Shown piece after piece: positions 60,307-64,000 of a DNA stretch of 64,000 nt. The notes below the pieces were generated by a model that saw only the letters and a program-made list of their open reading frames with translations, was not told the origin of the DNA and did no database searches. The position numbers and the translations under genes are program-made. The stretch's first letter is position 1. The number at the start of each line of letters is the position of its first letter. Source of the stretch: Camelus dromedarius (lineage: Eukaryota). Location of the stretch: contig NC_087436.1 of the NCBI RefSeq assembly GCF_036321535.1, positions 20,834,001-20,898,000 of the forward strand, read 5' to 3'.

Positions 60307-63300
60307 ATGTGTAGTCAATCATGGGAGCTTATGTAACATAAATCCTGCTAAGACTCAGCTCGTTTTGTTCTCTTTAAGATGGATAATGTGTTAGCAATGT
60401 AATAGAAGGATTTTGTGCCACATAAACCAAGAATACAGAATGCAAACCATTGGACCCACAGGATAGGTTTGTTTTATCCGAGCTTGGAAGAAAAGGACCT
60501 ATGAAAACAAACCAATTTGCTTCCAATCCAAATTATCAACTGGAGAGATTCTTCAACAGAATACCAGAAACAGATGTGAATGCCTTTTCTCCACGACTGC
60601 AAGCCAGTACATGATTTCTTGCCATGTTATCCCTTTATGATAAAACCTCAAGCTCCCATCCACACCAGCAGAGAGGAAAACCCCAGAAGAAATATGATAC
60701 CATTTGGCCTGACTTTTTTTTTTTCATCTTCCCTGTAGATACTGGATGCCTTACCAGGCCTCTCGATTGTGGATTTTACATGGACAGTGTTTTTAGCATA
60801 TTGCCTCACTGGGACATATTTCCCTCAGTCTGCAAAAGGAACTTGAGTTTTGAAGAACTGACACATTAAGCATCTTTCCACTTTTAAAAGGGAGTGGGCT
60901 CATGTAGTAATGATGTGATGTACAAAAATGACTGGATTTTCTTTCGAGAATGATTTATTATTCTGGAGTCTGTATTTTCCAGGAAAAGCTAATGTGCTAG
61001 CTTTTGAACCTTTGGAAGTATGAGTTCAAATTTGGCCCATAGTAAGCAACAAGCAACAATGTTTGGCCTCGGCTCAAACTATTCTCTGGGTTTCTACATC
61101 ATCATACCCCACACACAACTCAACACCAGTAACACAACTGGAAACATCTGCTGGACAAAAATCCCAGATTTGGGAAGAGAGGACAGCCAAATACTCTCAA
61201 TAGCTCATTATTAGAAAACCAAAACTTACTGCTGATGTTCAAAAACAAAGTCAGGAAATGATTTGAGAGTCACATAGAAGCTGATCAAGAGGTTCTAGAA
61301 TCCTTTATAGGAATCTGGACTTTTGTTTTTTCACTGCACTGTTTACTTACATTTACAACTATTTGCTCACTTGGGTGGGCCCCTCTCTGAAGCTAAATTT
61401 GTGGAGCCGTATCTCCTCCAAAAGCACATAGGTTGTAGGTTTCAAACTGGTGCAAAATGTCCTAGGGCCTTATGAACTTGAACACAACCACAGATGTTCT
61501 GGAATGTGGGAAAGGGTTGTGCTTTAAAACACCACAGGATAGAATGGTCACAGTTTAAAGCTACACACAATCACTCTCATGTGATTGTGTCTTGTTTTCA
61601 GCAACCCATTTCCCCCTGAATCCTCTATCCTTAAAAAAAAAAAAAAAATTAAGATCTTTGGGTAACAGATAGAGGATATATAAATTAAATATTAAATCTA
61701 AAATCATTTCCTGAGAGTAATTTTTAGTCTGATATTTGCCTTAGGTATGGAATTCATCCTCTTATAGCACCTTGTGAAGGTACCGTAACCTCAGCTAAGC
61801 TGCTCACAAGCATACCCACTTTACTGACTGGTATTTTATTTTGTGTTGTTTTAAAATCCAGTAACAGAGACATATTCTAGTTTATGTAATTGAGAACATT
61901 TTAAAAAAAGCAATGGTCATCTTTCTCAAGAAATTGTTCTAAATTGTTCTTAAGAAACAAGATTTGACATAAGAGCAGGTGTACATGGAGGTGTGTATAG
62001 GACCAAGGGCAAGGTGGAAGAGAGGAGAGTCCAAATGTGCCAAAGAGTTTCAACCAAAGGAATATACCTGAAACCACCTTTAATAAGTATAAAAGCAATC
62101 AGCTATGGGACTTGAGAGAGAAACTACGAACAGAGATACAGGGAGGTCATTGGGGAGAATGGTGGTAAGGGGACCTCATAAGCACTAGTATTTGCATGCC
62201 AAGTTCCTGCTGGTTAGGTTGACTGCAGAGTCAGACAACAGCATTTTCTTTTCCATGGACACAGTTTGGTTTGGAATGTGATTGTAAGCACAAAGCAAAG
62301 TCACACTGTATTATTAATACATCTTTTCCCCAGTGTGGACAAAGTAGAGAGAAACAGATACAGAGAAACTGCAGCAAATCCATCAAAGAGCCTCCCACCC
62401 AATTCCCAGCTCCCATGGCAAGCCCGAGGGTGAGACTGAGCGGGTTCAACACTGAGGCGCAACAGGCAGAGACAGAGCAGGTTGGTGATCCTAGACTAAA
62501 ACTGAATAGCAGACACATGGATCCCGGCATCCCAGCAAAATCTGATCATAATATCCAAGGAATTTTAGACCTATAGGAATAGAAATTACCTAGTCTTGCC
62601 TTCGAAATTTTTACTCAAAGATACAAACTGGAGAAAAGGACAGAGCCAGCTTCAAAATCTAGTCTCCAACTCCCAGTTCAGTGCCGTTTCTCCCACCCTG
62701 TCGTGCTTGTCTGAGTTAATGGAAACTGAATGGGTCAAGGTCTCGTTTCTTAGTGGGTCAAGCCGACGGCAGTCCTGGTGAAACCTCCGGCTGGTGCAAG
62801 ACTGACCCTATATGGCTCTGTGCCTGGCAGTTTCAAGTGAACGGGAGGCCCACAGCCCTAAATGTCTCATCTGCTTATTTTGGTTTCCTTTGTGTGATAC
62901 TGGATCGTGCCTGTTTTCTATAGCCTTAGGAAGCTGATAAAAATTGTACTTTAAGAAAGAAAAATGTATAAAGACTGCTACATAAAGGAACAACCATTTC
63001 ACAAAAAAGATTTTTCAAAAATTAGTTTGCAGATGATGAGTTTGCTAAATAATCTTGAAATACTTTCAGCTGGGCCTGAATCAGCTTCAGACTATTAAAA
63101 AGGAATGACTGAATGTAACATCATCTCCCCAAGTACTGTGTTGATAAAACCCATCTATTCCACACGATGGGCAGGGCAAACTACTCTTGGATAGCTGTGT
63201 ACCCCGAAAATGCAAGGAAAGTAAAAAGAGGCTTAAATGATCTGCCTCTTTAATTAGATAAGTCAAATAATGATAAGTGTAGAAGAATCTTGAAATGCTT

Positions 63301-63469
63301 CCCTCCTTCTGTAATGCAGCTTTCACCAGAATGAGACAAAGGAAGGAAAGACAGTGGGTTTTTGCAAACAGCTAAGTTTCTCCTGATTTTAAACATCTTA
63401 TTCCCAGGCAGCAAATGTTATTTCATTTAGGAAACATGGAAGGTAAGCGATAGTAGACGTATTTTTTAA

Positions 63470-63690
63470 TGTTATACTTGGCAAAATAATAACACTAACA
63501 TTTCCATTTAATAGTAATGTAACTTCTCTGACTTTCAATTTCCTTATCCATAAGGGCAATGATAATCATTGTCCCATCACCCTCCCAGAGGTATTGTGAG
63601 GATCAATTAAAATAATGAATATAAGAGTAATGTAAATCAATTTATCACTTAAGTATTTAATATATACTCATCGATTATCATTATTGTTAT
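63470..63690 (+). mobile_element. MIR SINE
   Basis: 'taacttctctgactttcaatttccttatccataa...tattgtgaggatcaattaaaataa'. Confidence 0.6.
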
Positions 63691-64000
63691 GGCAACCAAT
63701 TAACTGTGTACTGTAAGCAAAGTGAAGCAATGGAAACTTCCTAGTTGAGAAGATGAACAGAAATGTATTCTACTCCACAGAACTCCGTAACTCCATTGGT
63801 GGGGTAAACGCTGCTGAGCAGTTTGAGTTAAAGGTCATCTGGAAAAGCTTCATGGAGTTCATGCAATCTGGAAATGTTTTGGATTTGTCTGTAGAGGTAG
63901 GAGAGAGTGTGCTTTTCCACTGATAGAAACTCAAGTGGAAAGACAAAGAGACAGAAATAAGCAAACGTATAGTGGGGGATGGTGAAGGACTGGTCTGGCT

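Noticed and set aside
63781..63896. 116-nt open candidate coding exon (AG...GAG|GTAGGA)
   Set aside because: The acceptor is weak, the peptide is unrecognised, and the region resembles a diverged antisense L2 remnant.
1..64000. Host-gene orientation from TE strand bias; CRISPR arrays, operons or other prokaryotic systems
   Set aside because: L1 copies occur on both strands, so there is no clear bias. The sequence is mammalian, with no repeat-spacer arrays or gene-dense structure.

Overview
Mammalian, AT-rich, CpG-poor non-coding DNA (intergenic or deep intronic). It is most likely from a camelid: there are two tRNA-Ala(AGC)-derived Vic-1-like SINEs and cetartiodactyl-type L1 3' tails, and I saw no Alu, B1, Bov-tA/BovB or SINEC. 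I recognise no intact protein-coding gene. The only ORFs with real homology are broken L1 ORF2 pieces (52.4-53.5 kb, also 25-26 kb), a decayed ERV-L gag/pro region (7.5-11.8 kb) and a decayed hAT (Blackjack-like) transposase (4.6-6.6 kb). Much of the window is transposon fossils (ERV1 solo LTRs, MaLR/ERVL LTRs, L1, L2, MIR, MER DNA transposons), including a four-layer nested insertion. Repeat family names come from recalled consensus motifs and boundaries are approximate unless a TSD is given. I cannot support a new biological system from this sequence. The best leads are an exact 31-bp dispersed templated copy, a CACGTG E-box cluster, a D-box/E-box palindrome cluster, and a possible + strand spliced non-coding transcript with one well-formed exon candidate.
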